DNA of 63,997 nucleotides, the filler included, from Ionaspis alba (lineage: Eukaryota): assembly GCA_964255285.1 (NCBI GenBank). It is 3 parts of 3 records of this genome, joined end to end, with 100 filler letters (N's around TTAATTAATTAA, not from the genome) between each part and the next. Parts side by side here need not be neighbours in the genome. Positions count along the whole stretch, not along the records: positions 21,504 to 42,900 come from CAXUUL010000225.1; positions 43,001 to 63,997 come from CAXUUL010000232.1; 1 more part is not named here. One strand, written 5' to 3'. A program made the translations under genes and the position numbers. The notes below the pieces were generated by a model. It saw only the letters and a list, made by a program, of their open reading frames with translations, was not told the origin of the DNA and ran no database searches. Each line of letters opens with the position of its first letter. Position 1 is the first letter of the stretch. Shown here piece after piece: positions 37,049 through 49,375 of the stretch.

Positions 37049-40000
37049 ATGACCGAACCAGGTCATAATGGTCGAAAGGCGCCGGAACCTCTGGCATCTC
37101 CCCGTCGTCAGCGCGCGCCGACGATAACAATCGATACCTCTGCTGTCAGCCCTCCAATCAATGAAGATGATTCGGTGCCTATGATAGCTCTTCCTGGCTC
37201 TTCATTACCGTCACAATTGGATCACGTCGGCGGCAACACCGACGCCCCTTCCTCCCGGACCGTCCCTCTTCCAGAGGACTCGTCGCCTACTCAACTTCGC
37301 GAGACCCACTCCTTCGAGAGCAAAGAGAGTCGCCCTACATCTCCGCACAATGTGTCGTCTCCCACAACGAAATGGGGTGATAGGAAGCCTCACGACTTCC
37401 TATCAGTACCTACAGCGCGGTCAAGAGGAAATTCGGTCGACTCAGACGATGTAGCTCACTCCCCCACTTCTTATGGCGGTGATACTTACATACCTTCGCC
37501 GACCTCATCCCAAACTGGTGATGCAAGTCCGCGATTAGATACCGCGCGAAGCAACGATAATCTGATTAACGACGAAGAAGCTCTTAAACCGGATCCAGGA
37601 AATGAGCCGGACTTTGAGGTCACTGACAACAAATTCGCCTTCTCTCCCGGTCAACTCAATAAGATATTGAATCCGAAAAGCTTGAGTGCTTTCCATGCAT
37701 TAGGCGGTCTCGGAGGCTTAGAGAAAGGTTTACGCACAGATCGCAATACTGGTCTATCTGTCGACGAGACTACACTTGATGGCACAGTATCATTCGAGGA
37801 CGCGCACGCCAAAGATGAAAATCAAGCGCAAATGAACAATGTGGAAGGGTTGGCCTTGAACAGAACCACTACCTCTAAGACTGTGCCAAAGCAGACCAAC
37901 GAGTCGTTCTTCGATCGAAAACGTATTTTCCGGGACAACCGATTACCAGAAAAGAAAGCCAAGAGCATATTCGAGCTTGCATGGCTAGCTTACAATGACA
38001 AGGTACTCATCCTGCTAACAGTCGCGGCTGTCATATCTCTCGCTCTCGGCATCTATCAATCGATTACCGCAAAGGATGGCGAAGCTCGAGTTCAATGGGT
38101 GGAAGGCGTGGCCATCATGGTCGCCATCATCATCGTTGTCGTGGTCGGTGCTGCAAATGACTGGCAGAAGGAACGGCAGTTCGTCAAGCTCAACAAAAAG
38201 AAGGAAGACAGATCAGTAAAGGTCATACGATCTGGGAAGTCGCGGGAGATCTCGGTGTACGATGTACTTGTTGGGGATGTGATGCATCTCGAACCTGGTG
38301 ATATGATTCCGGTAGACGGGATCTTCATTTCTGGCTTCAATGTCAAATGTGACGAATCTTCAGCAACCGGCGAATCTGACCTACTCAAGAAAACTGGCGC
38401 GGATGAAGTTTTTAGAGCCATCGAAGCCCACGAAAATGTCTCTAAGCTAGACCCCTTCCTGATCTCGGGCGGAAAGGTCAGTGAAGGCGTGGGAACCTTC
38501 CTCGTCACTGCTGTCGGAGTCAACTCGAGTCATGGAAAAACGATGATGTCCCTCCGAGAGGATGCTCAAACCACGCCTCTTCAATCGAAGCTTAATGTTC
38601 TTGCTGAGTATATCGCAAAACTCGGTCTTGGTGCTGGTCTATTCCTCTTCGTGGTCACATTCATTCAATTTTGCGTGAGATTGAACTCAATAGAGGGAGG
38701 ACCCTCCGCTAAAGGACAGGCTTTCCTCAATGTCTTCATCGTGGCCGTCACCATCGTCGTCGTCGCAGTTCCTGAAGGTCTACCACTGGCAGTGACTTTG
38801 GCCCTGGCGTTTGCGACAACGAGGATGTTGAAAGACAACAATCTTGTGCGGCTCCTTCGAGCTTGTGAGACCATGGGGAATGCTACAACTATTTGTTCTG
38901 ACAAGACTGGAACTCTGACTCAAAATAAGATGTCTGTCGTAGCCGGGACAATTGGCACAACTTCTCGATTTGGTGACAAGAAGGCTGAGGCTGGGGCTTC
39001 TCCTACGACACCCACAAAGGCCAGCCATCCGTCATCTCAAACCGATCTCCCGGACGCTGCTACTTCAGATGTCATTTCGTCGCTATGCAAGGAGGCTAGG
39101 GAGCTCTTCAAAGACTCTGTTGTTATCAACTCGACTGCTTTCGAGGGTGATGTCGATGGTGTCGAAGGATTCATTGGTTCCAAAACAGAAACGGCCTTGC
39201 TCAGCTTTGCCCGAACCCACCTTGCCATGGGTGTGCTCAACCAAGAGCGCTCGAATGCGAATGTCATGCAGCAGATACCATTTGATTCTGGTAGGAAATG
39301 TATGGGCACGGCTGTGAAACTGGAGAACGGGAAATGCAGGTTATATGTCAAGGGAGCCTCTGAATTAATGCTGGAGAAGTGCCAACGCTTCATACGTGAT
39401 CCAAACAAAGACCTCGCAGAGACACATCTTACCCAAGAGAATATGGAGACGCTAAATCGGGTTATCACAGCCTACGCCTCTCGGTCCCTTCGGACCATTG
39501 GTTTACTCTACAAGGATTTTGAACAGTGGCCGCCAAAAGGATATCCCACGCAACACGATGATCCAAAACAAGTGGTTTTTGACAAGGTCTTCAAGGACAT
39601 GACCTTTTTCGCAATAGTGGGTATCCAAGATCCACTACGTCCTGGTGTCGCGGACGCCGTGAAAGCTTGTCAGAACGCTGGTGTCGTTGTCCGGATGGTG
39701 ACTGGTGACAATATCTTGACAGCTCGAGCTATTGCTGAGGAATGTGGTATCTACACACCCATTGGCATTGCCATGGAAGGTCCGGTGTTTCGACGGATGA
39801 GCAAGCTCCAGATGAACCAGACCATCCCGAATCTACAAGTATTGGCTAGATCGAGTCCAGATGATAAGAAGACATTGGTCAAGCGGTTGAAGGAGCTTGG
39901 CGAGACAGTGGCGGTGACTGGTAGGCATTTGGGAAGACCTTCCATGATGAGTCGTAGTTAATTTGAATACAGGTGATGGGACGAATGATGCTCCTGCTCT

Positions 40001-41486
40001 CAAGACCGCAGATGTAGGATTTTCAATGGGAATTGCAGGTACAGAAGTTGCCAAGGAAGCCTCAGCTATCATCCTGATGGACGACAACTTTGCTTCTATT
40101 GTCAAAGCCATCATGTGGGGAAGAGCTGTGAACGATTCGGTCAAGAAGTTTCTCCAGGTATTCCATTTTCCGAAGTCTAAGTTTTCTGTCTGCTAACCAA
40201 ACATCTAGTTCCAAATCACGGTCAACATCACTGCTGTGGTTTTGACCTTCATTTCAGCTGTTGGTAGCGGGAACGAAACGTCCGTCTTAACTGCCGTCCA
40301 GCTTCTTTGGGTCAACTTGATCATGGACACCTTCGCCGCTCTTGCCTTAGCCACAGATCCGCCTACACCAAGTATCCTCAACCGGAAACCTGAACCAAAA
40401 TCAGCTCCTCTCATCAATCTCACAATGTGGAAGATGATTATCGGACAATCTATCTTCCAACTAGTGGTCACACTAGTTCTATACTTCGCCGGTGCAAGCA
40501 TCCTATCGTATGATACACAGGAAGAGGTGGACCAGCTCCAGACACTTATCTTCAATACTTTCGTTTGGATGCAAATCTTCAACCAGTACAATTCCCGACG
40601 CCTGGATAACAAATTTAACTTGTTCGAAGGCATATCCAACAACTATTTCTTCATTGGCATACAATTCATCATCGTTGCCGGTCAGGTCCTCATCGTTTTT
40701 GTCGGTGGGGCTGCTTTCTCCGTCCAACGCCTCAACGGACTCCAGTGGGGTATCTCCCTAGTTCTCGGTGCTCTGTCTATGCCCATGGCTATCATCATCC
40801 GCCTGGTACCAGATAGTCTTGTCCGAAAGCTCATACCCGATTTCCTCAAACGCAAAGCAACCCCGGCAGTCTTTGTCTCCGACGAAGAGCGGCAATACGA
40901 GTGGAATCCCGCACTGGAGGAAATCAAAGAAGAGTTGGCGTTCCTAAAGGTTATCCGAGGTGGCCGTATGAACGTCCTCAGATACAGGCTACAGCACCCC
41001 CGCGATTTCCTCCAACGCTCAAGGAGCGCTTCTCGCTCCCGTGCTAGCTCCATTCTCCAGACCCCAACAGGTGAGAGGACGAATGACCACGAAGGTGGTA
41101 GTCCCGCCCCTCCTACACCAGAGTCACGAAGGTCAATGACCCGTCGCCGAGGCCGCTCGCGCTCAAACTCAGCTTTCGGTCCTGCAGCCGCCATGGCTGG
41201 GGTCGTCGCCGGCAGTATCGCCGGCTGGTCACCCATCGACCGTCGAGACGGCGACTCCGCAAGGTTCGCACCAATTGACGGTAGAACCGACCTAGAAGCT
41301 CGTGAAGGCGTTGAGGTGCACCCGGATACAAGACCGGAGGATCCGGTGCTTACAGATCCAGCAGCTGTGGCTGCGTCGGGCACAAAACCTCCCAGCCAGA
41401 CTGTGGAGAATAATCCTGTTACTGCTCAGAATCTGGCTCCTCCGCCTGCGCCTACGACTCATGGGAGTCCTGGTCCGTCGCAGTAG
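37049..41486 (+). CDS. PMC1: Vacuolar P2B-type (PMCA-like) Ca2+-ATPase
   Basis: [31 protein letters not shown] (phospho-Asp), [22 protein letters not shown] and LWVNLIMDT motifs. Introns 39921-39972 and 40158-40208. Confidence 0.96.
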
Positions 41487-42279
41487 TCTGAGATTCCAAC
41501 TTAGAAGTCTGGACGACTTCAAATCCGTCCCTTTCAAGCATATTGTTTTTTATAAGAAACTTTTCTCCCTTCTGTTTTCGAGCGTGCACGGGACCGGCTT
41601 CCTACAGCAAAGCTACCAGCCGTGATGTGCCTCTGTACTACTGAATTTCATTGACTGGCAAGAGCTGGTCTGCATTAGAAGGGATGGGTGGTGCCCTTTC
41701 TCGGGCTTCTAGGCGTTTTGCTATCCGCGCCTCTATCCGAAGCAAGCGATGTGCTGGGCGTTTTGATCCTGTCGTCTTCTCTATCTGGGCAGGAGGCTGT
41801 ACAAAAGCTAGTGTTTAGTGGGTGCTTTGTACATAGAGAGCTTGTGACGATCAGAATACGATTGAGGTACTCACTCATGTTGCGCCTCTTTGCTTATGAT
41901 TTAGCCTGCTTGAACCTTGGAGTCGCCGATTTCTGCGAAGTTGTTGAAGCGTGTCTACTCTGATATCATTTCTAACGCTTGCCAGAGTACCTCATTTGCC
42001 CCTTCGTGTATGCCGTCGATTTGAATTAGGTGGCTGTTCAATGTCCATTGTCCGCGACTCTGGCACACGACAATGCGTCCTCCGCGAGCGCATTTCGACG
42101 ATTTCAGGCATTTACGATCACATATTGAATTTGGTGGCTCTTCACGTGGCTTCGTAATCTCGATCGACCAGGGTGGCCCTGCGAGCTCTGCCGCGTTGAC
42201 TTCCCGCACTCCCAAGTGGAAGACGCGTCCTAACTCGATCGACTTCTACGCGACTACAGAGGCGAGCCACCAACCAAGC

Positions 42280-42900
42280 ATGCCAGACCATAACGCAGAA
42301 GTACGAAAATTCGTTTGCGAAGCCATTGACGAAGCTGAGCCTGCTCGGCTCCGCAAGCTGCTGAAAGATGCGATGGATTGGAATGAGGAAGTTTTCCGGT
42401 GGTTGAAGGGGCAGATGCTTGTCAGCGATAGCTCGGACAAGGGTGATATTGGGGTGGATGATGAAGAGGACGAAGAAGAGGAGGAGGACGAGAAGGTGGA
42501 TAAGGGGAACAAGAAGGACGATGGTGGCAACGCAGCGACGTCTCTAGGACAACTATCTGGCAAGCGCAAACGTCTACGCCCTCGATTTGCCATGTGCGAG
42601 AATTGCGAAGAGGAATTCGACACTGCGCAGAGAAAATCCAAGGACTGCTTCTACCACACCGGTTTGTCAAATCCTCTACACGCCATGATAAGCGGGCTCG
42701 AAGTCCCCGCGCAAGCAAGGGACTTCTGCTTACTATTTCTATGCACAAATAGGCTCTCTAGAGGTTGACGATGACGCCTGGCCCGATCATGACGAATTCA
42801 CACATGGTCCGATTGATACTGAACAGTGGAGGAGAGAACGTCCGGAAGGCTTTATTTGGGATTGTTGCGATGGAGAAGGGGATGCGGAGGGGTGTGAGCG
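42280..42900 (+). CDS. Fungal hypothetical protein with a Cys/His putative zinc-binding C-terminus, truncated by gap
   Basis: Acidic tract and a KRKR basic NLS-like patch, then CENC...CFYHTG...WPDHDE...GFIWDCC...GC after intron 42662-42752. An upstream in-frame ATG at 42073 is also possible. Confidence 0.7.
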
Positions 42901-43000
42901 NNNNNNNNNNNNNNNNNNNNNNNNNNNNNNNNNNNNNNNNNNNNTTAATTAATTAANNNNNNNNNNNNNNNNNNNNNNNNNNNNNNNNNNNNNNNNNNNN
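42901..43000. other. Scaffold gap with artificial TTAATTAATTAA linker
   Basis: 44 N + TTAATTAATTAA (42945-42956) + 44 N. Confidence 0.95.
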
Positions 43001-43551
43001 TAGATAACATGACGGACTGCCCTTGGCTGCATCATCTCGCTGCATGATGGCGTGCTGTAGAATGCGACGAAGATTCATCGAGAACCTGTCATTCTGTAAC
43101 CCCGCACTTGAGCAGAATAAGGTACCTACATGGCAAGAAATCTCTCTTGGTAAACAAAACGGGGGAATAAAAGGAACCCCAGACGGGGTGGTTTTTAGCG
43201 AGCATCACTCAAATCTGGGAGGCCTCGGTAAGAGCGAAGAATTTCTAGCCGAGTCGCTAGCACCCGCCGTGGGTACGGTTACGGGTAAGAAAGCCAATAC
43301 AGAATAAGCCATTTCCATTATTAGTTGACGATTGTGGATCTTAGCTGTTAGTGCCACTGTCGTCGTTGGCGATTCAGTGCCGCCACCACCCATACAGGAT
43401 TAAGATCCTTCGTTCCCGCTGATGAGGGCGGGCAGAATCCAGCGAGTTTTCGTGCTCATACGAAAGTGCATTCGAAGCTTTTCAACAGCACCCCCGGCTC
43501 CGAATTCGCTATCCCTTTCCATGCCCCACTCCCGCCGTTCGAACATTCGCC

Positions 43552-44698
43552 ATGACATCTACTAGCAATCCAGTTCCCGCCTATCTTGCAACCTCGGACG
43601 ATTCCTCACTATACACCAATCGCGAGCTCTACAAAGCTATTGGCTCGGCTCCAAGGAAACTTACTTATTCTCATACTTTACCAATACGCTCGGGACACGC
43701 TTGGGTAGTTCCAGCAGGGCATGTGTGTCGCTTGACAACCCCCGAAGGCCCTCAGGTACCAATGTTCATACCTGATGGATAATTGACTTCCAGCGCGTAT
43801 GATTGAGAGCAGTCTAGGTTGGTGATCTGAACATCTGGTCGCAAAACAATCCTCGAGAACGCTTCTGGGCGAGCCGGACGCGACAGCTTCATCGCAGTCA
43901 TGTGACCACTTTCGATCGATTGTGGAGCTGCTTACCGTACCTACGGCCAATGGTGACGATCATCGGAGACAGTCTAGATGACTACGGGATCGATGAGGTG
44001 GGAGGAAGATGTCACGACCTTCTTGGAACAAGATGCGATCCATACGGTGAGCATGCCCACTCCGATCGAAGTGCGCCAGAATTGGGACGAGAGAAAGGAG
44101 AGATTTCAAATCAAATCAAGTGCTAATAGCGCCGTTAACTGAGCAAGTCAACAAGATGTTGACGGGGAAGGATTTCGACTATCATTGCCATTCGAATCTT
44201 ACCCGAGCAGTCCTTCCTTATGGCCTTGCAGAAAGCGACATTCATGATGTTTTGAATGTCTTCCAGGTGACGGGCCTAAATCGTGATGGCCAATACTTCA
44301 TGTAAGGCTCCGTGAGTAGGACTTCTTCGGTTTACAAATGAACAACATTCTTTCCTTTTTCTTGTTGAAGGAGCTTGCCACCCTAGCCTTGGGGCTTCGA
44401 TGTGCTTCCGTGCTGAGCACACCACAGGGAGACCTCTCCAGCAAGAGCAGGCGACTACTTCGACTTCTTCGCCGAGATCGATATTCTTTGCGCCTTATCA
44501 ACATGTCCAGGTGGCGACCTGTCGAAGTTTGGCTGGGGCGAGGGAGCTGGAGACATGGACATGCTCGGCTGCTGTCGGCCTTTGGGAATTGAGGTCTACG
44601 AGCTAAGCGATAAATCTGTGCTAGAGAAGTGGAAGCCGCCAGAGTGTCCGAAGTACGAGGGATTGCATGGAATTAAAATGCCAGGGTTTCGGAGATAA
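43552..44698 (+). CDS. DUF1989 (urea carboxylase-associated family) metalloprotein
   Basis: EGPQVGDLN, ERFWASRTRQL, HDLLGTRCD, HCHSNL, HDVLNVFQ and ALSTCPGGD motifs. Introns 43756-43817, 44048-44147 and 44302-44427. Confidence 0.88.
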
Positions 44699-45151
44699 CA
44701 ATATGGGAGCGGGAACCACCAATTAGTCAAAAAATATTATCAATCATAAATGGCTGTCTATGCGATGGTGATAATGTCCGTAGTGATAGAGGACGAGACC
44801 CGGAAAGCCGGAATGGCTCCTCTAATATCAATGCCCTGAGCGAAAGTGTGAAATTGATTGGTTATTATCCATGCTCGATGATATTACCTTCAGACTCGAC
44901 GATCATAAATCACTTGTCGGCGTCACTTATCTCCGCAAAATCCATCCTGCTATGTCCGGAATGCGGTTCTCGGACCTGCAGCGGATCGATTTTCCGCGAT
45001 GCTTATCGATTAGGTTGAGGAGCTGAGGATTCTGGCATGACGTCAATTGTGGAAAACATTTATTTACAAAACCACAGGAGCTTATGCTTCTCGTTCGCGA
45101 GCAATCAGTCATTAGAGCACTTTCCAACTAGTTCACAGTACAAGGAGCAAA

Positions 45152-46405
45152 ATGACACGAGTGCTACTTACAGGTGCGCTGGTCCCAGCGATTTAGATAG
45201 CATATCACGCAGAATGATTAATGATTCTCAGGCGGAAGTGGATTCATTGCCGCTCACGTTTTGGATGTCCTTCTGAAGCGTGGTCACTCTGTCGTTACTA
45301 CAGTTCGATCAGAAGCCAAGGCTCAAAAGATTAGAGAGGCCAATGCGAAGTATGGCAAGGAGAAGCTCGATTTTGCTATTGTCGAGGACATTGCGCAATT
45401 AGATGGTATGGACATTCTCGTGAAGAAGCTCTTTATCTACTTATTACTCAACATGCTGATATTCGTGGCAGCTTTTGACAAAGCCATCGTGTCTGACCCT
45501 CCGTTCGAGACCGTCATCCACACTGCTAGTCCCTTCCACTTCAATGTGACGGACGTCCAAAAAGACCTGCTGGATCCAGGTGAGCCTATCTTGCCCCAAC
45601 TCTTGGCCCAATTACACTCGAGGATGCTGATGTTCTCCTAGCGATCAATGGTACAACGGGAATACTTAAAGCTATCAAAAAGAGAGCGCCCACGGTCAAG
45701 AGGGTCGTAATTACATCGTCCTTTGCAGCCATCTTGAGACTCCCACCACCGCCAAAGGAACACGTATACTCAGAAAAGGACTGGAATCCTATCACACCTG
45801 AAGGAGCATTGGAAAATCCGGTCAATGGATACAGAGCTAGCAAAACATTCGCGGAGAGAGCAGCCTGGGAGTTTGTGGAAAAGGAGAAGCCAAATTTCAC
45901 GTTGGCTACAGTGCGTACTGATAGCTCATCCCGAAAGCCAGCTGATGTTTATTAGTGTAACCCGCCTTTTGTCTTCGGACCAATCGTCCACTACCTCAAC
46001 TCACTTGACGCCTTGAACACATCCAATGCTCGCGTACGAGACATTGCTTTCGGGGGATCGAAAGTCCTTACACCCACCGGCACATTTTTATGGATCGACG
46101 TCCGAGATCTGGCCCTTGCTCACGTCCTGGCAGCAGAGATACAGGAAGCAGGCGGCAAGCGATTTTTCTTGACCGCAGGGGAATTCAGCAATAAGGAGGT
46201 CGCCGAGATCATCCGAGACAATTTCCCGGATTTGGCGGCACGTGTGCCTCAGGGCGAGGCTCTCAAGCTAGGAGATTATCCTGAAGGAGGAATGCCTTAT
46301 GGCTATGATAATAGTCGGTCGAAAGGGGTGCTAGGACTGAAATATGGAAGCTTGAAAGACTGCATTGTAGATACCGTTAAGAGCTTGCAGGCTATTGGCG
46401 CTTAA
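45152..46405 (+). CDS. NAD(P)H-dependent aldehyde/methylglyoxal reductase, GRE2/Ari1-like extended SDR
   Basis: VLLTGGSGFIA, VIHTASPF, VVITSSFAA, YRASK and WIDVRDLA motifs. Introns 45174-45231, 45407-45471, 45580-45641 and 45911-45955. Confidence 0.9.
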
Positions 46406-47473
46406 AGAAATTCTGATTCATAGTAAGAGCTGGGTCATAGAGATCATACACCTGCTATGTCTTCTCTGATAACGCAGTATTCGTGATTCCTTGTAATACT
46501 ATGATCTTGTTTCACGTAGAGTGAACTTATGTGGTTGGTCACCTTCTGACCATGCTTCTACTAAGGAGTTCCACACAGAACAGGAACTGTATGAGGATCG
46601 TTGAACTGTTACAGTCCCTGTATTGATTGGGAGAGAGACTCGAGGCACCTTTTACTACTCAAGTGGCCATCACATGTGTATGAAAAAATTAGGAGCTTGA
46701 TGCAATTATCAATTGTCCGGCGGCTGAGACTTTAAAAACATAAGGTCTATCAACTGCTGTTTCTGCATGATGGCGAACCGCGCCACTAGTTGCATACGCT
46801 GTTGCTAAGTAGAAACGACATCCGCTGCCTCGTTCAAAAGCTTGGCGTGTTATTGTTTTACTAGGATCTGCAAATCAGACCTCATTCCACCTATTCACTA
46901 TAATTGCTGGACATGAATGTGAAATGCTTTCAACATGTCGGTAAGAACAGGTAAGCGCTTTAGATCCCTGTATGGAAATGTGCTATATATTACGTATGGC
47001 CAAAACAATGCATCGTTGAATAATTCAGGTCATCTCTGTACTAAATTCCGTCTGCGACATCGATATTGGCTTGGGCATTACCATTATTGTCGGGATGTTG
47101 ATCTAGGCTCTACCGCTATTGCAGAGGCCCAAGAACATGTTCCTATCCACCAGCTTGTCAAAAATGCATCCTTGCTGTGGGCAGTTTTGTTGAAATCCGA
47201 TTGATATTCAAATTGTGAAGTCGCGAGATCTTTGAACCGCGATTCTTTGACCGCGATTCATATTCACTGCTTTGACCCACTTCACTTTGTCTCAGCTCCT
47301 CACTTCCATCAACCCTGATCTTATCCTATCCTTCCTTCCCTACCACTCTACACTCGACTTCCAATTCTTCTTTCAATTAAATACCTCTCATCCTAAACTC
47401 CACATTCAGTTTCTCTCACTGAACTCTCTTTTCTCCTTTGTACACGTCCGTTCAACAAGAGACCCAGATCAAG

Positions 47474-49375
47474 ATGAAGTTCACCATGTTGAACTTCATA
47501 GCAACCATCTTCCTTCTGATGGCTGTCTCTGTGGTTGGTCAGAATCCGATCGTCACTATCCCCGGAGGCAGCATCATTACAGGCTCTGTCGTCAAAGGCG
47601 TTGAAAACTTTCAAGGTATTCCGTTTGGCCAGGACACTGGTGGAGTGAACCGATTTGCACCTCCCAAGCCTGTTATTTTGATCGCTGGCTCTACTATTGA
47701 CGCTACTCAACCGGGTCCGGCTTGCCCTCAGCCCGTGAAATTTCCCGCAGTGACCGGTACCCTTGAGTCTAGTGTCGATTTTCAGTCCGAGAACTGCTTG
47801 AATCTCCGCATTGCGCGTCCAGCTGGTACTCTACCCACCGCCAATCTTCCGGTTATGGTCTACTTCTACGGTGGTGGCTTCATCTCTGGACACATCGATG
47901 ACAAGGTTTATGAACCTGACAACTTTGTCAATCAAGCTGGTGTGAGCGGCTATCCAGTGATCTATGTCGCAATCAATTACCGTCTCTCCAGTAAGCTGTA
48001 TAACTCTTTCCCGCATCCTACATGATGCCATGACTAACATAAAAAATAGTCTTCGGCTTTGCCAACTCTGCGGCGCTTCGTACTCAGAAGTCCTTGAACG
48101 TCGGTCTTCGTGATCAACGTTTAGGCCTCGATTGGGTCAAGGCTCATATTGCTGCTTTCGGTGGCAATCCAAATGCGATCACCATCTTTGGTCAATCGGC
48201 AGGTGCTTCGAGCATCGGTCTACAAGTCACCGCCTTTGGCGGCAAGCAGCCCGTCCCATTCAACAAGGCTATCTTGCAGTCTGGAGCCCCAGGATCAAAT
48301 ATTGGCAGTAGGTCACCTCTTCTACAGTGCGAAATGGCAAAGTCACTAATTGTCTGAAGCGAACAGTGATGTCTCATCTGAAAGATTCGGAAGGGTCGCT
48401 GCTCTCTGTCATTGCGTCAATGGAGACATTGGATCTGCCGCCACACTCAGTTGTATGCGAGATGTTTCTCTCGATATTCTTGCGAGTGTAGAATTGAACT
48501 TCGCCAACCAAACCCGTCCACCGACCGGACACCTTGTCTTGTGAGCTGTTTTCTAATATGCACCGTTTCAGGCAGTTTGCTAAAGGGTTAATAGTGCTCC
48601 TGTGGTGGATGGCGATTTTATCCCTGATGCACCGAGCACTCTGGTTGCCAACGGTCAGTTTGCCAGAGATGTGTCCATCATTCAAGGCTGGAACGAAGAC
48701 GACGGTAGTATCTTCACACCGACCACGATCTTTGACGAAACAGCCATTGCCAGTTTTCTGAGATCCTACACTCCTGGGCTCTCGGATCCTTCTCTCGCTT
48801 CGATTTTCAAGCTCTATCCGCTCAGCGACTTTGCTCCTTTCCCCGCCCAACGCATCGACGCGCAGTATGTCCGTGCGTCTCGTATATTCCGTGACATCGT
48901 CTTCACTTGTCCAGCATTACGATTCGCGGAGGCCATTGTCCAGCGAGGCTCTACAGCGTTTCTCTACCAACTCAATCAGACTGTCTTTACTCCAGACTTT
49001 GCTCAGCAGGGTACTCCTGAATATGGAATCTCCCACTTCTCAGACATTCCTTATGTCTTTGACGAACCGTCAGAAGTGGAAATTTTCGATGTTGGAGCTT
49101 CAGACCGTGATCTTGCCACTCAAATTAGTGGAGCATGGAGCGCCTTCGCTTCTTCTGGCAAGCCATGCTCAAAGGGTAGCCTGAACCTGTGCACCTGGCC
49201 TACTGCATTTGAGAAAGGCGATCCTGTTGTCAAGTCCAGGTACCTGTTACTGGGTAGCAAGAATGCTGGTATACTATACCTCACAGCAAGTCCTTCTCCG
49301 GGGGCCACTGACTCGCAAAAGCTTTGGAACCGTTGCGCTTTTATCGCGGGCATCCAGAACGAACTCCAGGCATGA
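47474..49375 (+). CDS. Secreted type-B carboxylesterase/lipase
   Basis: Signal peptide MKFTMLNFIATIFLLMAVSVVG, then SENCLNL, YGGGF, GQSAG (catalytic Ser), GWNEDDG and GISHFSDI (catalytic His). Introns 47991-48049, 48308-48359 and 48541-48594. Confidence 0.92.

Noticed and set aside
40682..41383. Long antisense ORFs (also 7775-8341, 11913-12518, 1262-1831, 21790-22263)
   Set aside because: These are shadow frames of real genes, low in complexity and with no independent motifs.
41675..41963. Small ORFs with intron-like signals downstream of PMC1
   Set aside because: No splice combination gave a convincing protein.
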